Below are positions 62,704-64,000 of a stretch of 64,000 bases of DNA, piece after piece. Under the pieces are notes generated by a model. The model was not told the DNA's origin. It saw only the letters and a list, made by a program, of their open reading frames with translations, and did not search any database. Every line of letters starts with the position of its first letter. Positions within the stretch are counted from its first letter, which is position 1. The stretch comes from a bacterium (GTDB lineage: Bacteria; Patescibacteriota; Andersenbacteria; UBA10190; CAIZMI01). Location of the stretch: positions 36,661-100,660 of the forward strand of contig JAUSJG010000004.1 in NCBI GenBank assembly GCA_030647555.1, read 5' to 3'. A program made the translations under genes and the position numbers.

Positions 62704-63963
62704 TTAGGTTTTAATTTTGCCACGCGTCTTCTCGGTCACCCAAAAACCGAGTGGCTTGCCAATCATCATTCGCGTTTGCGCGTCGAGTGCTGGAAAACTA
62801 CCCAAAATTGAGGCGATAAACGGCACCAACGCCCACTGCAGAACCATGTAAACATATTTTCTTTTTGGTGTCCCTGCCGGGGCGGGTGGTAAAAGCAAGA
62901 AAGTTAAGGTCATTGTTACAATCAAGCCACCCATCGCCAGTGACGCCAGAGCGCGTGTTACGTAAGGCAAATTATATGCCAATACCGTTTGATGAAACTC
63001 CGGATTGCCATATAGCACCGGTATCCAACCCAGGACAGCGATAATAATCGACGATGTCGCCCATGAATGATTGCCTTCAAAAATCAAAAATAAAGATTTC
63101 AAACGTCGACGAATTGAAATATTTTTTACGCGTCTAAAATTAAACGCCAAAAAAGGAAAGTTCTCAATTCCCCACGCCCAACGTCTTTTTTGCTTATACT
63201 GATTTACAAACGTTCGCCAAAGCGTCGGTGCCAGGGTGGCGTCCATTGAAACGTTGGTAAAAAGAGGGACGGTGCGGTATTTTCCGCCGTAATGCAAAAA
63301 ACACTGCCAAAAAATGCGCGAATCCTCGGACACTACGTTTACCGACCAAAATCCAACATCCACCAGTGCCTTAAAACTCATCGAATGTGACGAAAAAGTC
63401 ACCAAGCGCTCCGGACGTACCGCTTCAATCATCTGCCAAAAACTGGAATTAATCGCGATTACACGGGTAAACGATGGCGCGTCCCAGATATTATTATGAT
63501 AAAGAGGTAACGGCTGATAACTGCATTGCGTGCGATCCGCGTTGGTAATATAGGCATAAGTCAAATAATTAAAATATTCCCGACCAACGCAAGTGTCGCT
63601 GTCAAAATTGGAAATAACCACTTTTTCGTACGCGATAAATTCCTTATCAAAAATTTCTTTTACTTTTTTCACCGCCCACGTGGCATTAGCGCTTTTCACG
63701 CGTTGCTCGCCGGGAATGCCGTCCGGATGAAGCGTGGTAATCAATCGACCAAACGCATCACCATAGTATTCCTCAATTTGTTTTTTTGTTTTTAAGGCGT
63801 GTTCGCCGGCGCGTTCCTCAAAAGCCATCGCCACCCACAAGCGTTCACGGGGGAAATTAGTTTCTTTTAAATGATCCATTGTTGTTTTAAGTACCTCAAA
63901 AGATTCTTTGTAGGTTGGAATCACCACCAAATTAATAATCTCGCGCCAATCCGGCATTTGCAC
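62704..63963 (-). CDS. glycosyltransferase family 2 (membrane-associated, processive-type)
   Basis: VVIPTYKES ... NFDSDT GT-A motifs; C-terminal TM helices; the N-terminus may continue past the window edge. Confidence 0.6.
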   Translation of the reverse strand: MQMPDWREIINLVVIPTYKESFEVLKTTMDHLKETNFPRERLWVAMAFEERAGEHALKTKKQIEEYYGDAFGRLITTLHPDGIPGEQRVKSANATWAVKKVKEIFDKEFIAYEKVVISNFDSDTCVGREYFNYLTYAYITNADRTQCSYQPLPLYHNNIWDAPSFTRVIAINSSFWQMIEAVRPERLVTFSSHSMSFKALVDVGFWSVNVVSEDSRIFWQCFLHYGGKYRTVPLFTNVSMDATLAPTLWRTFVNQYKQKRRWAWGIENFPFLAFNFRRVKNISIRRRLKSLFLIFEGNHSWATSSIIIAVLGWIPVLYGNPEFHQTVLAYNLPYVTRALASLAMGGLIVTMTLTFLLLPPAPAGTPKRKYVYMVLQWALVPFIASILGSFPALDAQTRMMIGKPLGFWVTEKTRGKIKT

Positions 63964-64000
63964 GTTTTCTTTTTTAATGCGTTTTAGGTCTTCCAGAAAA

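Overview
This is an AT-rich, gene-dense bacterial chromosome segment. By eye it is roughly 35-40% GC, apart from one segment of about 1.6 kb that is near 57% GC. No rRNA genes or CRISPR arrays were seen. The small proteins, the 240-aa HrcA and rplU and rpmA lying 26 kb apart suggest a reduced-genome, uncultivated lineage such as CPR/Patescibacteria; this is inference only.

The window falls into three blocks.

1. Positions 1-18.7 kb: a core-plus-glycan block. The genes fmt-def, priA, an AMMECR1-domain gene and gltX sit inside a large surface-polysaccharide cluster. That cluster has four GT1-family and one GT2-family glycosyltransferases, a WecB/TagA transferase, a Wzy/O-antigen-ligase-like membrane protein, a Wzz/BY-kinase, a NodU/CmcH carbamoyltransferase, a B12-binding radical SAM enzyme and an M23 peptidase.

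2. Positions 18.8-34.5 kb: an accessory block. It starts with a XerC/D-like tyrosine recombinase, followed by a 150-bp cluster of five AATGACCAAT/ATTGGTCATT motifs. Next comes a Panacea(DUF4065)-antitoxin / RelE-HigB(Gp49)-like-toxin pair. The block ends with a translationally coupled four-gene minus-strand operon. In transcription order the operon encodes a PLD-nuclease::SNF2-helicase fusion (1160 aa), a gamma-class N6-adenine DNA methyltransferase (1035 aa), a 362-aa protein with a PD-(D/E)xK-like N-terminus, and a 1240-aa alpha-helical protein with an N-terminal nuclease-like domain. The operon looks like an RM/DISARM-like defence system with a non-canonical composition, and it is my main candidate for something new.

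3. Positions 34.5-64 kb: a housekeeping block. It holds rpmA, pyrG, rplI, ctpA, aspS, an AI-2E transporter, tRNA-Lys(UUU), the hrcA-grpE-dnaK-dnaJ operon with a CIRCE operator and promoter, cysS, dnaB, recR, rplU, an MraY/WecA-like gene, a GT2 gene, a CorA-like gene, a CDP-alcohol phosphatidyltransferase and a BNR-repeat protein. The tRNA-Lys gene is flanked by duplicated fragments of its own ends and lies next to a foreign gene of about 57% GC. Two paralogous small membrane-protein genes just upstream of the heat-shock operon each carry a duplicated promoter with a perfect GTTGGGTTTAAACCCAAC palindrome.

Many intergenic regions carry long AT-rich imperfect palindromes. These fall into at least two homologous families sharing a CCAATGACCAA core. 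Two gene-free intervals (34.45-34.97 kb and 41.05-41.82 kb) contain strong hairpins and a clean intrinsic terminator; they look like unassigned structured RNAs.
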